This document shows, in pieces, positions 8,383-18,066 of a stretch of 48,610 nucleotides of DNA. A model generated the notes under the pieces. The model saw only the letters and a list, made by a program, of their open reading frames with translations, was not told the origin of the DNA and ran no database searches. Each line of letters begins with the position of its first letter. Within the stretch, counting starts at the first letter, position 1. A program made the position numbers and the translations under genes. This DNA is from Desulfurococcales archaeon (GTDB lineage: Archaea; Thermoproteota; Thermoprotei_A; Sulfolobales; Ignisphaeraceae), in the NCBI GenBank assembly GCA_027037025.1, contig JALWBS010000005.1, positions 1-48,610 on the forward strand. Direction: 5' to 3'.

Positions 8383-9791
8383 CTCTTGTTCTTGTTCTCT
8401 ATCTCGGTCTTAGGACATATCCCAAGTTCTTTACAAGCTCTCTCTATCACCTCTTTCTTAGATTTCAATCCGTATCTAAGCTGGATCTCGTACAGCGCAT
8501 TCTTTATCTTACCCACCTCGGGACCGGGCTTGACTCCGTAGAGCTTCATAACTTCGTAGCCGCTCACCAAAGGCTTTGGCTTCGAGAGCATCTCCTTTGC
8601 GTATCGAATAGCTTCCGAGAACAGCTTTGCGTACTCTGGCGCGTCAGCCATTGCAAGCTCTAGAATGTTGATCGCTAGCTTGCCGTGTTTAGCCACTAGC
8701 TTAGCCGCTATCTTCCTAGCGTCGAGACCTTGCTTAGCCATTGTGAGCGGCTCCATGTGCGCGCGGATAATCTCCTTAACTTCCTCTATCAGCTTCGACG
8801 GGCGTCTCCATCGTCTAAGTATCTTCTCCGCTAGTTTGGCGCCCGCAACTTCGTGACCGTAGAACGTTACCTTTCCACCCATCTCCCTCCTAGTAATGGG
8901 CTTAGCCACGTCGTGTAGCAAAGCTGCTAGCTTCGTCACGTAGTCGGCGTGCATCTTATCCAACCTTTCGAGAACCTCAAGCGTGTGCTCCAAAACCGTC
9001 TCTCCACGATGGTGCTCGCCAAATCCATGTCTTGTGCGAGCCATCTCTCCGAGCTCTGGAAGAATATATTTGTAGAGACCGGTTTCGTACAGAAGCTTAA
9101 CGAATAGAGCGAAGTGATTGGTTTTAGCCGCCTTAACGATTTCATCTCCAATCCTCTCCCAGCTCACGTACTTAATCAGCTCGGTGTTGCGCTTAATTGC
9201 CTCCAGAGTCTTTGGATCGATTCTGAAGCCTAGCTTAGCAGCGAACCTTAGAGCCCTCAGCATGCGGAGAGGATCTTCGCGGATCCTCTCATCGGGGTTA
9301 CCAACGAAGCGAATGATACCCTTCTTAAGATCCTCTAAGCCACCGACGTAGTCGATAACATCGCCGTTCTCGTCCATGGCAAGCGCGTTTATAGTGAAAT
9401 CCCTCCTAGCAACGTCCTCGGCTAAGCTATTCGCAAACTCGACGACGGCGGATCTCCTATTGAATTCCTGTGCATAGAACTCCTTTCTGTAGGTAGCTAT
9501 CTCGATCTCTCTCCTAGTAACTGGATTAACTACGGAAACCACTCCGTACTCAATACCCTTCGGAACCACTATCCAGCCAAGCCTCTCGAAAATCGTGAGA
9601 ACCTCCTCCGGTCTAGCATTGGTAACAACATCGTAGTCGTTAGGCTCGATACCAAGAATCAAATCCCTTACGCACCCACCAACGAGGTAAGCTTCGTAGC
9701 CATGCCTCCTCAGTATATCCATAGCCTCCCTAACATCGAAAGGAATCCTAACGTTTCTGAGCTTAACAACGGTGGGCTTCGACAACACCAT
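8379..9791 (-). CDS. cca: class II tRNA nucleotidyltransferase (CCA-adding enzyme / poly(A) polymerase family) with HD domain
   Basis: Motifs GGCVRDLILG, DYDV, RRDFTINALA and EDPLRMLRALRFAAKLGF, plus the HD motif LLHDVAKP. ATG 9791 chosen over the upstream TTG 9815. Confidence 0.9.
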   Translation of the reverse strand: MVLSKPTVVKLRNVRIPFDVREAMDILRRHGYEAYLVGGCVRDLILGIEPNDYDVVTNARPEEVLTIFERLGWIVVPKGIEYGVVSVVNPVTRREIEIATYRKEFYAQEFNRRSAVVEFANSLAEDVARRDFTINALAMDENGDVIDYVGGLEDLKKGIIRFVGNPDERIREDPLRMLRALRFAAKLGFRIDPKTLEAIKRNTELIKYVSWERIGDEIVKAAKTNHFALFVKLLYETGLYKYILPELGEMARTRHGFGEHHRGETVLEHTLEVLERLDKMHADYVTKLAALLHDVAKPITRREMGGKVTFYGHEVAGAKLAEKILRRWRRPSKLIEEVKEIIRAHMEPLTMAKQGLDARKIAAKLVAKHGKLAINILELAMADAPEYAKLFSEAIRYAKEMLSKPKPLVSGYEVMKLYGVKPGPEVGKIKNALYEIQLRYGLKSKKEVIERACKELGICPKTEIENKNKS

Positions 9792-9853
9792 GCCACCGAG
9801 AAGCTGAGGAAACAAGGAAACAAAAGGATTTATGTAATGTATCCTTCGTGCTT

Positions 9854-10354
9854 CTACTCAAAGTATATTCTTGTCCCTATCTTGACTTCGTCTATGTATT
9901 TCAGATATATGAATTCGTAGTATAGCTCGGCGACTATAGTCCATAGAACGACGATTAGGGTGGGTACTATGCTTATCGCGGCTATGCTTAGGAACACGGT
10001 GTTTTTGGTCGAGAACCATAGTATGGGTAGCAAACCATGGAAAGCTACTAGCATCGTAGCTAGGAATCTTAGGCTGGTGGAGAACATGACCGGAAACGCG
10101 TAGAGTGCGTATATCGCTATCCCTATAATCACCGGGGTTCCATAGCTATAGACGTGGGCAACGGTCTCGATAACGCTCTTCGGATCCGAGAGGTAGATCC
10201 TTAGTATATATATTAATAGGTATAGGAGCCCCGCCGTCGCGGCGATACCAACCCCTATAATGATGTTCGGCACGCGTTTAAGCCACGATCTACGCTTCTC
10301 AGCTCTTCTAACCCTCTTCCTACGGTACACCCTCCTCTTTCTACTCCTTCTCAT
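9854..10354 (-). CDS. membrane protein with Arg/Lys-rich N-terminus
   Basis: MRRSRKRRVYRRKRVRRAEKRR followed by about 4 hydrophobic helices. Confidence 0.6.
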   Translation of the reverse strand: MRRSRKRRVYRRKRVRRAEKRRSWLKRVPNIIIGVGIAATAGLLYLLIYILRIYLSDPKSVIETVAHVYSYGTPVIIGIAIYALYAFPVMFSTSLRFLATMLVAFHGLLPILWFSTKNTVFLSIAAISIVPTLIVVLWTIVAELYYEFIYLKYIDEVKIGTRIYFE

Positions 10355-10757
10355 TCTTCTCTACCCCTACCTTGGCTAGGAGCAGAGAAGCGACCGAAAC
10401 CACCACACCAGTAAAATGGGTATATAGAACTAGAGTAGTAATCCTATTCTCTATATCTACGCTACCCAGCCCCGTTATGGGGAAGCCCTTCGTAATCGTT
10501 TGGCAAGAAACATGTTCGCAGTAGTTCACGTACATCATCGTGGCGGCGGTGGCGGCGCCCCAAGAGCACAGCATTATGAAGCATGGAAAGTCCAGCACTA
10601 TTAATGAGATCACGCAGGAAGCGATAGTGATCGGCACGGGATCTAGATGTAGAAGCATTGCAACTATATTCAAAATCATTATTAGGATTCTTGCAACGGA
10701 TATGCCTCTCTGTAGCACTTCTAGAACATTGAACGATTGAATGTTCGTAACCATCAT
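10341..10757 (-). CDS. Cys-rich membrane protein
   Basis: Start re-called to the ATGATG at 10757/10754, downstream of a TA-rich tract (ctatatatcaatc) and AGGT. The ORF-track TTG start is 10823. Confidence 0.5.
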   Translation of the reverse strand: MMVTNIQSFNVLEVLQRGISVARILIMILNIVAMLLHLDPVPITIASCVISLIVLDFPCFIMLCSWGAATAATMMYVNYCEHVSCQTITKGFPITGLGSVDIENRITTLVLYTHFTGVVVSVASLLLAKVGVEKNEKE

Positions 10758-10828
10758 ATATGATACCTGATTGATATATAGATACATAAAAGTATTTATT
10801 TGTGTGGGTATAACAATGGTCAATTAAT

Positions 10829-11305
10829 TCAGCTAAATTTATCTATACACTCGGATGCTTCAACAGTATAGCATGTCAGTGATTTCAGTGTTCTCCAAAT
10901 GGTTTTGCTCCTCTGTATTACCTTTTCGGTGGGGATACATAAGATTTTATTTGGTGTTGATCTAGAGCATACTACTTCAGCGTCTTTCTCTAGGTATCTA
11001 TATATCGGTGAGTATGGTATTATCACCGTCTTTGCTCTTAGTATCTTAGCCGCTATTCCTATAGCTATGGGCTCTCCGATCACTACGATTCCGCTCGACG
11101 AAAGTATCTTTCCTGCGGCTAGGATCGAAGCCGTGAATCTGTGGATGAGGGCGAAGTAGCCCATTACATGCATCTTCGTTGAGAGGAAGTCTGCTCCGGT
11201 AAAGGTTCTTACAAGCGTTCTGAACACTGCTCTTAGATCGCTCGCTCTCTTCTTTGGCTCGGTCACGAGTATGAAGTCGTAGAAGTTGTAGATCCTCATG
11301 GTCAC
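10829..11305 (-). CDS. hypothetical protein
   Basis: 158-codon ORF tightly packed in the minus-strand operon. Confidence 0.5.
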   Translation of the reverse strand: MTMRIYNFYDFILVTEPKKRASDLRAVFRTLVRTFTGADFLSTKMHVMGYFALIHRFTASILAAGKILSSSGIVVIGEPIAIGIAAKILRAKTVIIPYSPIYRYLEKDAEVVCSRSTPNKILCIPTEKVIQRSKTIWRTLKSLTCYTVEASECIDKFS

Positions 11306-11748
11306 ACCGTTAAGAAACCCATTTTGTATAGGGTGGCTTGAACGGCGGTTCTTATAATCGTTATGGTTTTTATCTTCGCGAACCTTTCCTTGTCTCTTGG
11401 GTGCATTACCCGTACTTGGTCTCCCAAGATGTTGTGTAGGTTCCTCATTATCCAGTTGAATACCTCGTCGAATAGATAGAGCTTTTTCCTAAACTCTCTC
11501 TCAGGTGGTCTAAGCATTGGGAACTCCCTTCTCAGGATCTTGATCACGTTATTTACGTACTCTGCTTGGGCTGAGGGTATCCAAGTAGCTATCGCGGCTA
11601 CCTCGGTCTCCATTCTCCTAGCTATCGCCTCCTGCTGTTCGAGTGTTGGAGGAGAGCTGAACTCTATTGCTAGTAGGGTCAGTATCATGGACTCTATGAA
11701 GTTCCTTCCCAGAACAAGTCTATGTCTTGGTCTCTCCTCGGTGCTCAT
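11302..11748 (-). CDS. hypothetical protein
   Basis: First ATG at 11748 (ORF-track TTG at 11757). Overlaps the neighbouring genes by a few nt. Confidence 0.5.
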   Translation of the reverse strand: MSTEERPRHRLVLGRNFIESMILTLLAIEFSSPPTLEQQEAIARRMETEVAAIATWIPSAQAEYVNNVIKILRREFPMLRPPEREFRKKLYLFDEVFNWIMRNLHNILGDQVRVMHPRDKERFAKIKTITIIRTAVQATLYKMGFLTV

Positions 11749-12682
11749 CCTTTCCAACCTTCTCCCTCAGCTTCTCGATCTTCTGCTCCTCGATTTTCGG
11801 CTGTAGCTCTAGGATCTCCGACACGAAGCTCAGCCTCCTCCTACCTAGCTCCCTCCTCGACTCCACCATGTTCATCCAGATTTTGTTCGGCATCTTCAGC
11901 GTCGGTATGTAGGCATCGATCATTATCGGTCTCCTAGTCCTCCTCCTCTCGTACTCGTCCCTTCGATACACCTTCATCAGATCGACTATGAACCCATCGA
12001 TCTCCGCCTCGGTTGCGTGGATAACGATATCGACTATCTCCCTCATCCTAGACGGAATGGCGTTGAAGTTCCTCGCGGTCATGATCAGCGCTCCGCACCA
12101 ATCCTTTAGCTGGTCGAGGACCGAGAAGAGGTAGACCCAGTACATCTCCCCTAGATGCATCCAGTACTTCGATATCTGCGCACCTACGTCGTCGAGCAGT
12201 ATGACTGGTGCCCACTTGCGGTTCTCAACAAGCTCCTTAGTGAAATCAACGAATCTCTTCGGGTTGAAGAACACTAGGTTTGATACGTAGGAAATCGCGG
12301 TTTGGTAATCGTAGCCAATAAGCATTAGCGCACCTATCATTCCAGCAACTGCGTAGCTAGTCTTGCCGCTCCCACCAACGCCGACGATCGCTATGGTTAC
12401 GTGCTTCCATAGGTTCCTCATTCTCAGAACTATTCTCTCCGCGATCAACGACGCGAGCAGGCACTTCGGCGCGTACTCCTCCATGGTTATGCTAGGATCT
12501 TCGTATCTATGCGTCGGTAGAAAACCGTAGTAGTTCTCCAGCGTCGCAACCATCTCTCGGTAGTTCAGCTCTTGATACATTCTAGCCAGTTCGAAGCACA
12601 TTCTCTTAACTTCGTGAGCGTGGTCGAGAACCTTGGTAACTATGTAGCCGACACCGCTCATCCTATCCATGAGAACCATCAT
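11720..12682 (-). CDS. P-loop NTPase (Walker A/B)
   Basis: Walker A GVGGSGKTS and Walker B VILLDDVG. The ATGATG start overlaps the stop of 12679..13254, and GGGTGAG lies immediately upstream. Confidence 0.8.
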   Translation of the reverse strand: MMVLMDRMSGVGYIVTKVLDHAHEVKRMCFELARMYQELNYREMVATLENYYGFLPTHRYEDPSITMEEYAPKCLLASLIAERIVLRMRNLWKHVTIAIVGVGGSGKTSYAVAGMIGALMLIGYDYQTAISYVSNLVFFNPKRFVDFTKELVENRKWAPVILLDDVGAQISKYWMHLGEMYWVYLFSVLDQLKDWCGALIMTARNFNAIPSRMREIVDIVIHATEAEIDGFIVDLMKVYRRDEYERRRTRRPIMIDAYIPTLKMPNKIWMNMVESRRELGRRRLSFVSEILELQPKIEEQKIEKLREKVGKDEHRGETKT

Positions 12683-13254
12683 CTCACCCTGATTACACAC
12701 CCTATCTCTATTTCTTTGTCTAGCTTGTGAAATATGCATGCGTACCTAATCGGAGGGGTTATCGCCTCTCTTATCGGGCTGATAATGTCGTCGGCTACGA
12801 TTGCTGAATCGGCTCTCGATCTAATCGCGTCTCTATAGGTCTTGAAAACGGGTTGTAGTATCGGGTGCTTCCTAAGTATCTTGCTGTTCAGATCCTCGGG
12901 GCACGTATCTATCGTGGGTATCCGTACGTAGATCGATCTCCAGACGAAGCTGGAGGAGCTAACCAATCCTAGGAGTAGCGACATGTCTATGTACATTCTA
13001 GACCTTGGTGGGAGGCATATACCGAACTTATCGCCTATGGAGACGTAGTAGTTGCCGTACCTAGCCTCTCTACACGTGAAGCCGTATTTCTTCAATAGCT
13101 TGACGCGCTTGAAGAGTATCGCAATCGCTTTCTCGGCGCAGAGCAACCTTCTTAGCTCTAGCCACCTTCTTATCCTAGTCAATATTGCTGAGGTAAGCAA
13201 TCCGGCAAATTTCCGTATCTTGGATATTACCTCTCCCAGTTTCAATGTGCTCAC
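12679..13254 (-). CDS. hypothetical protein
   Basis: GTG start overlaps the TGA stop of 13251..14090 (GTGA), suggesting translational coupling. Confidence 0.5.
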   Translation of the reverse strand: MSTLKLGEVISKIRKFAGLLTSAILTRIRRWLELRRLLCAEKAIAILFKRVKLLKKYGFTCREARYGNYYVSIGDKFGICLPPRSRMYIDMSLLLGLVSSSSFVWRSIYVRIPTIDTCPEDLNSKILRKHPILQPVFKTYRDAIRSRADSAIVADDIISPIREAITPPIRYACIFHKLDKEIEIGCVIRVR

Positions 13255-14090
13255 CTAAGTACGGAGGCTACGATGGCTATTGCTATAGCCATTACCAGAG
13301 CGAACACCACAGCGTATATGATTATCCTCGATCTCTGCTCAGCGTATCTAGTCAGTATGTTGGCTACCCTCTCAAGCATTTCGTGGCTCCTCATAGCGGA
13401 GAAGAACCTCTGCATGACGGAGCTAGCTCCCTCGATGTTCTCCTCTATGAGCTTCTGCAACAGTCTAACGGGCTTGATTGCGAAGTTTATCTTTACGTTT
13501 GGAGTCACCTTTATGGATCCAAGAGCTTCGGCAGCGTAGTTGTATAGATCCGTGAGAGCGTCTAGAACGCTCTCCTTATCCAAGTTTATCGCTCCCTCAT
13601 CGGCGTTCTCAACCATGAACATGTCGTATATCGTTCTCCCGCTAATCGGGTAGATAACCATCCCCTCCCTAAAGCCTAGAACTACGTCCACCGATCGCTT
13701 TCCAGACGTTGCTTTGTATACCCTAGCCTTGGGGTGCATGATTAGGAACGACGGTTGCTCGCCGCTGATTACGTATACCCTATCGGTTAGCTTAATCGCT
13801 TTCTGCTCCTCTATCGTGCCCCGGTTATCGTCTATTATAAGCACGTGGGTGACCGACGGTAGCATTCTACTCGATTTCATGTATAGCACTATCAGCACTA
13901 GAGCAATCATGAACCCGATGACGGCGACTATGATCGTTACCGGGTTTATCGCTCCAAAGAACTTGAAGGCGTACGACAACGGGTTTGGAGGAGGAGTTCT
14001 AGCTACGTGAGTGGCGTGCGTCGCTATGTGGTGAGTCGTCGTGTGTGGGGTAACCGGCTTAGGTACGGTGATGGTTACGGTTCTAGGCAT
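13251..14090 (-). CDS. membrane protein with Thr/His/Pro-rich N-terminus
   Basis: N-terminus TVPKPVTPHTTTHHIATHATHVARTPPPNP, then a TM helix (IIVAVIGFMIALVLIVLY) and a C-terminal TM helix. Confidence 0.6.
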   Translation of the reverse strand: MPRTVTITVPKPVTPHTTTHHIATHATHVARTPPPNPLSYAFKFFGAINPVTIIVAVIGFMIALVLIVLYMKSSRMLPSVTHVLIIDDNRGTIEEQKAIKLTDRVYVISGEQPSFLIMHPKARVYKATSGKRSVDVVLGFREGMVIYPISGRTIYDMFMVENADEGAINLDKESVLDALTDLYNYAAEALGSIKVTPNVKINFAIKPVRLLQKLIEENIEGASSVMQRFFSAMRSHEMLERVANILTRYAEQRSRIIIYAVVFALVMAIAIAIVASVLR

Positions 14091-14113
14091 TCGAGTCCCT
14101 AGAACCAGTCAAA

Positions 14114-14127
14114 AAAGGTTTTATTTA
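14114..14127 (-). promoter_or_regulatory. TATA-like box (AAAGGTTTTATTTA on +; TAAATAAAACC on -)
   Basis: Lies 24-37 nt upstream of ATG 14090 and directly after the stop of 14130..14681. Orientation is ambiguous, because the + strand reading matches the consensus. Confidence 0.35.
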
Positions 14128-14129
14128 TG

Positions 14130-14681
14130 TCACTCTCCGAGTGCAAGACTCAGTTCGTATGCCTCGTCAATGATCTTATCGATCTCCGGCGGCGGAGAGA
14201 TCTTGTTGAGTTCAAAAACTATGTCTTCCTTCGATAGCTCTCCCGACGAGAGCTTCTCTCTCCATTCCTCCTCTATGTCTCTCACCAACGTCGATAGGTA
14301 CTGCTTCATAAGGGGAGGAGCGTACTTCAGAATCTCTCTGAGTTTCTTCAATAGGTTCTGGAGCCTTGGAGGCAACGGTATTCCTAGTCCAGCCGCCGCC
14401 TCCAGCTCCGGGTAGATCGATTCTATCGCTAGCCCGACATCGGGATAAACATGGTTGTCGTAGATGAGCGCTACGAATGGTGTTGGTAGCGATAGTGGCT
14501 CCGAGTACTTGAGGGCGAATATGAAGCCTATCGGAATATCTCTGTTGGTGATCAGCGCGCACACCTCTACATCGGACGGCTTTACGTTGAAGATCTTCTC
14601 GGCGATCTCAATGATGTCGCTCCTAATGCTCTTTAGCTTATCTCCCGTGCCGACGAAGACCGTTGCGGATCTAGTCTTCAT
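14130..14681 (-). CDS. hypothetical protein
   Basis: Start re-called to ATG 14681, preceded by GGTGATGAA. The ORF-track N-terminal 82 codons are low-complexity and overlap the divergent gene. Confidence 0.55.
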   Translation of the reverse strand: MKTRSATVFVGTGDKLKSIRSDIIEIAEKIFNVKPSDVEVCALITNRDIPIGFIFALKYSEPLSLPTPFVALIYDNHVYPDVGLAIESIYPELEAAAGLGIPLPPRLQNLLKKLREILKYAPPLMKQYLSTLVRDIEEEWREKLSSGELSKEDIVFELNKISPPPEIDKIIDEAYELSLALGE

Positions 14682-14736
14682 TTCATCACCGGTAAGATTT
14701 TTGAAGGAGGAAATATACGGTTTTTTGGATGAGTAA

Positions 14737-15276
14737 ATGGCTGAAGCTAGGCGAAGACCCAGTCGAAGGGCTGAGCGAGAGGGGGAGGGAGCTAGGGGCA
14801 TAATAAGGGTAGAAGCTGGTTTAGCGGAGGAGAACCTCTTCAAGCAACTAGCTTTGCAGATACTGGAGGCGTACGCACCGGAAGAGTTCGAGACGCGCAT
14901 AGAGTCGATGCCTAGGATGGTTGCCAAGCTCGTTCACATAATCACCAAGGAGTACTTCTCCACGCCTCTAGGAGGTCAAATACTTGATCCTAGGTACTCT
15001 AGAGACATAGTCATCGACCGAGTGTGCCAGTTCATGGAGGTTCTCCTAAACGTTCATAGGAGATACATAGAGGAGTTGCTACAGAACATCCAGTACAAGA
15101 AGATGAAGGGAGAGGAGTTTAGGGACGAGCTTGCTAAGATCCTCAATAACTTCAAGATAATTTACATAGTTGCTAGGGAGCTAATGAATAGGTTGTTGGT
15201 GCTCAGCCAAATCAATCTACCTGCGCCGGTTAGACCTCCGCTAGCCAATGTTAAGCTTGGCTTCGAAATAGTGTAG
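14737..15276 (+). CDS. hypothetical helical protein
   Basis: 179-codon ORF, divergent from 14130..14681. Confidence 0.55.
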   Translation: MAEARRRPSRRAEREGEGARGIIRVEAGLAEENLFKQLALQILEAYAPEEFETRIESMPRMVAKLVHIITKEYFSTPLGGQILDPRYSRDIVIDRVCQFMEVLLNVHRRYIEELLQNIQYKKMKGEEFRDELAKILNNFKIIYIVARELMNRLLVLSQINLPAPVRPPLANVKLGFEIV

Positions 15277-15340
15277 CTAATGAAGCACTAGTTCAGAACT
15301 GTTTTTAGACCCCCACCCGGTACTTTAGCTAGGTGAGCCT

Positions 15341-15577
15341 ATGTCTCGCTACAAACCGATTGCGGTTAGGTTACCCAACTACATGGTTGAGGAGATGGAT
15401 GAATTGATACTGAGAGGCATTTTTAGGTCTCGGGGAGAGGTGATTCGAACGGCTCTTAGGCTACTGTTCTTCAGCTTGGAAGAGGTTGGAATAGTCAAGC
15501 CTAGGTACGGCTCCGAGCTTGAGAGGAGGAAGAGCAGTAAAAGTGATATAGATGTGAACGTGTTTAATCTGGGGTGA
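15341..15577 (+). CDS. ribbon-helix-helix (CopG/MetJ-like) DNA-binding protein
   Basis: IAVRLPNYMVEEMDELI...GIFRSRGEVIRTALRLL is an RHH pattern. AGGTGAG SD-like site upstream. Confidence 0.7.
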   Translation: MSRYKPIAVRLPNYMVEEMDELILRGIFRSRGEVIRTALRLLFFSLEEVGIVKPRYGSELERRKSSKSDIDVNVFNLG

Positions 15578-15804
15578 TCCCCGTGAAGCTCTTCCGGTTT
15601 AGGAAGAGGAAGAAGAAGGAAGAGTATGTAGATCCGTATGGCTGGAAAACCGTGAATGCCTACGTCGTTAAGTACAAGGTTGTTAATGGCAAGCTGGTTA
15701 AGGTGTACGAAGGTAGGCGGAAGATTAAGGTGAACGTACTCGAAGAGAAGCTTATTGATGAGCTAGCTGACGAGATCGAGAGGCTGGCTTGGTCTTTCAT
15801 CTAG
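15574..15804 (+). CDS. hypothetical small basic protein
   Basis: Overlaps the RHH gene stop. A second GTG at 15583 is preceded by GGGGTGAT and may be the true start. Confidence 0.45.
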   Translation: MIPVKLFRFRKRKKKEEYVDPYGWKTVNAYVVKYKVVNGKLVKVYEGRRKIKVNVLEEKLIDELADEIERLAWSFI

Positions 15805-15810
15805 CTCGTT

Positions 15811-17262
15811 TTATCTCGTGCTCTGTATCCATTGAATCAGTTCTTCTGATACGTATCTAGTGCTAACTATTGTCTCTAGCGCTAGCTCGAATCGATCCCC
15901 GTTCAGCATCTTCATAATCTTCTCCTTTACGTCGCTGGGTATCTCCACGGAGTAGAACCTTGAAACGGCTTCGACTATGTATCTGCGCTCGGCTAGGTAG
16001 GTTATGTTCGGTAGAGTGAGAGCCTCTATCTTCGGAGGATCCTTGCCTATCACTATGACCGGAACCTCGGCGTTTAGATCTATGAATCTAAGCACCTCCT
16101 CCGGTATCGACGATGGTGTTATTATCGCGCTGTTGTAGACGTTAGCCATGTGAATCGCTTCGTCTACGTACCTATAGTCGGTTATGACGATGCATCCCTT
16201 TCCAATGGTTGCGAGGTAGCACGCGATTATCGCTAGACCTATTCTCCATGGGTACGGAGCCCAGAACCTCGATGGTCTCTCCAGCGATTCTCTCGGTATC
16301 AACCTCTCTAGGTCTTCCAGCTCCCTTATTGGCTCGGCAACGATTCTCTTGTACCCTCTTCCGCTTCCCCCTAGCTTGGGTTGCTTACCCTCTTTAATGT
16401 CCTTGATAGCCTCCATGATGTTGCTCATCGGCTCTCCTGCGTTCACGAACTTCTTTGCTAGGTCGTGAATGTCTCTGCGGTTACCTAGGTAGAAGCGAAG
16501 CACAAACTCAACAGCTTCTAGATCTGGGAGAGGAAAGATTATTGGTTTGCCCAGCCTACCGCTCCGCTGAAAGGCTGGGTCTATAGCACTTGGAGAAACG
16601 TTCGTTGCCGCGAACACAACCACCTTTCTATTCTCGTTGGATAGCCTCTGAAGCTCTTCGAACATGATGTTCTTTATGTTCAGCGATATCTGCTCAACCT
16701 CCGGAGATCCTCCGAGCCTCCGAGCCCCGATTATCCACTCGGCGTCGTCGATTATCGCTATGCACGGTTCGCTCCTCCTAATGTTGTTGAAGAACTCTCT
16801 AGCCGCCTTCTCGCTTTGACCCACGTACATGTTGAGAATCTTGTCCGGCGAGAACTTCATTACGGGCAACCCATACATCTCCGATAGTATGTTCATAAGC
16901 GTTGTCTTTCCACATCCCGGAGCACCGACTAGGAGGCAACCGATGTTCTTCGGTGCTCTACCCGTTGCTATCGGCTCTATGTACTCCTTAACTATCTCGT
17001 GAATCAGCTTCTTTGGGTATACGAAGCACTGATGCCTATCCTCGTCTATGAACGCGATGTTGTTCCTCAGCTCGACTACCTTGAACCTCCTCCTCTTAAC
17101 GCACTTGATCTTCGTAGAGGGGGAGACTATGCATGGAGAGGGGTTCGCCACCACGACGAAGCATCCATGTACGGTGGATCCCTTGCTAACCTCGAACCCT
17201 ATCGGTATGGATACGCACAGCTCGCCGCAGTCGATGTACACGAGGTTGCAGAGCGGAGGCAT
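15811..17262 (-). CDS. AAA+ ATPase (classical AAA, CDC48-like single module)
   Basis: Walker A GAPGCGKT, Walker B CIAIIDDAE, second region of homology ATNVSPSAIDPAFQRSGRLGKPI. GGAGGT upstream of the ATG. Confidence 0.9.
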   Translation of the reverse strand: MPPLCNLVYIDCGELCVSIPIGFEVSKGSTVHGCFVVVANPSPCIVSPSTKIKCVKRRRFKVVELRNNIAFIDEDRHQCFVYPKKLIHEIVKEYIEPIATGRAPKNIGCLLVGAPGCGKTTLMNILSEMYGLPVMKFSPDKILNMYVGQSEKAAREFFNNIRRSEPCIAIIDDAEWIIGARRLGGSPEVEQISLNIKNIMFEELQRLSNENRKVVVFAATNVSPSAIDPAFQRSGRLGKPIIFPLPDLEAVEFVLRFYLGNRRDIHDLAKKFVNAGEPMSNIMEAIKDIKEGKQPKLGGSGRGYKRIVAEPIRELEDLERLIPRESLERPSRFWAPYPWRIGLAIIACYLATIGKGCIVITDYRYVDEAIHMANVYNSAIITPSSIPEEVLRFIDLNAEVPVIVIGKDPPKIEALTLPNITYLAERRYIVEAVSRFYSVEIPSDVKEKIMKMLNGDRFELALETIVSTRYVSEELIQWIQSTR

Positions 17263-17263
17263 T

Positions 17264-17533
17264 CTACCTCCTACGACTATAGATGAAGATCGCTAAGATA
17301 AGCGCTACGAATGCTATTATAAGCGCTATGTTATAGATATTGATCCAGTTACCCAGCTTGCTCTCTATATAGAAATCGCTTCCTACGTCAGCCACGTGCT
17401 CGCTACTCAGCTTCTGAGCGACTTCGTTGATCGCCGTGTTGGTAATGAAGAAGACGTGGGATGCGAAGGCTAAGAAATAGTAGATGGCTATAGCGAAAAC
17501 GAATACGAATATGATTAGCGTTAGGTACCTCAT
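17264..17533 (-). CDS. small membrane protein (89 aa)
   Basis: Two hydrophobic helices. Separated by 1 nt from the flanking genes. Confidence 0.6.
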   Translation of the reverse strand: MRYLTLIIFVFVFAIAIYYFLAFASHVFFITNTAINEVAQKLSSEHVADVGSDFYIESKLGNWINIYNIALIIAFVALILAIFIYSRRR

Positions 17534-17534
17534 G

Positions 17535-17777
17535 CTACTCCTCCCTCACTATCAATCTCTTAGCAACGTATAAAACAACGAAGAGAACCACTCCCATAAC
17601 GAGCGCTCCGACCAACGTAACTACAGTCCACTGTAGCGTGGGTACATATCTAGAAGAAACGGGTTCCCACGGTAACCGTAGCTTTAGTAGGAGGTAGCAC
17701 AGCTTGTATGTGATTATCATCGCGAAGATTAGGCATCCAACTACTAGGAGCTTTATGAAGTCTCTTGCGAACCCCAC
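17535..17777 (-). CDS. small membrane protein (80 aa)
   Basis: Two hydrophobic helices. Tightly packed. Confidence 0.6.
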   Translation of the reverse strand: MGFARDFIKLLVVGCLIFAMIITYKLCYLLLKLRLPWEPVSSRYVPTLQWTVVTLVGALVMGVVLFVVLYVAKRLIVREE

Positions 17778-17778
17778 T

Positions 17779-18066
17779 CTACCACCTCATCTCCAGCGCT
17801 ATGACGATTATCGACAGCGCTATTAGGAGCGCTATGGAATAGGGGCACGAGAGTATGTTCGCTATCCAGAATATGATTGCGTTGAGAATAGATAGAAAGC
17901 TGTTGAAAATCATTCTTCCCTGCGTATGCCTATCGATCTCGTTCATTGCATAGGTTGTTTGGTAAGCAAAGAACCTCAGTACGTAGACTATGATGGAGAA
18001 GGATACGAGGGCTATGAGCGCGACGAGCATAAGCTTTCCAACGCTCCACTTCTCGTTCCCCATCAT
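17779..18066 (-). CDS. small membrane protein (95 aa)
   Basis: Three hydrophobic segments. The ATG overlaps the stop of the 1493-aa gene. Confidence 0.6.
   Translation of the reverse strand: MMGNEKWSVGKLMLVALIALVSFSIIVYVLRFFAYQTTYAMNEIDRHTQGRMIFNSFLSILNAIIFWIANILSCPYSIALLIALSIIVIALEMRW

Noticed and set aside
15571-15590. ggggtgatccccgtgaag on the + strand resembles the + strand reading of the cassette leader (ccccgtgaag)
   Set aside because: It is in the wrong orientation relative to the adjacent + strand gene. No A/T-run follows. The GGGGTGAT is better explained as an ordinary SD for the GTG at 15583.
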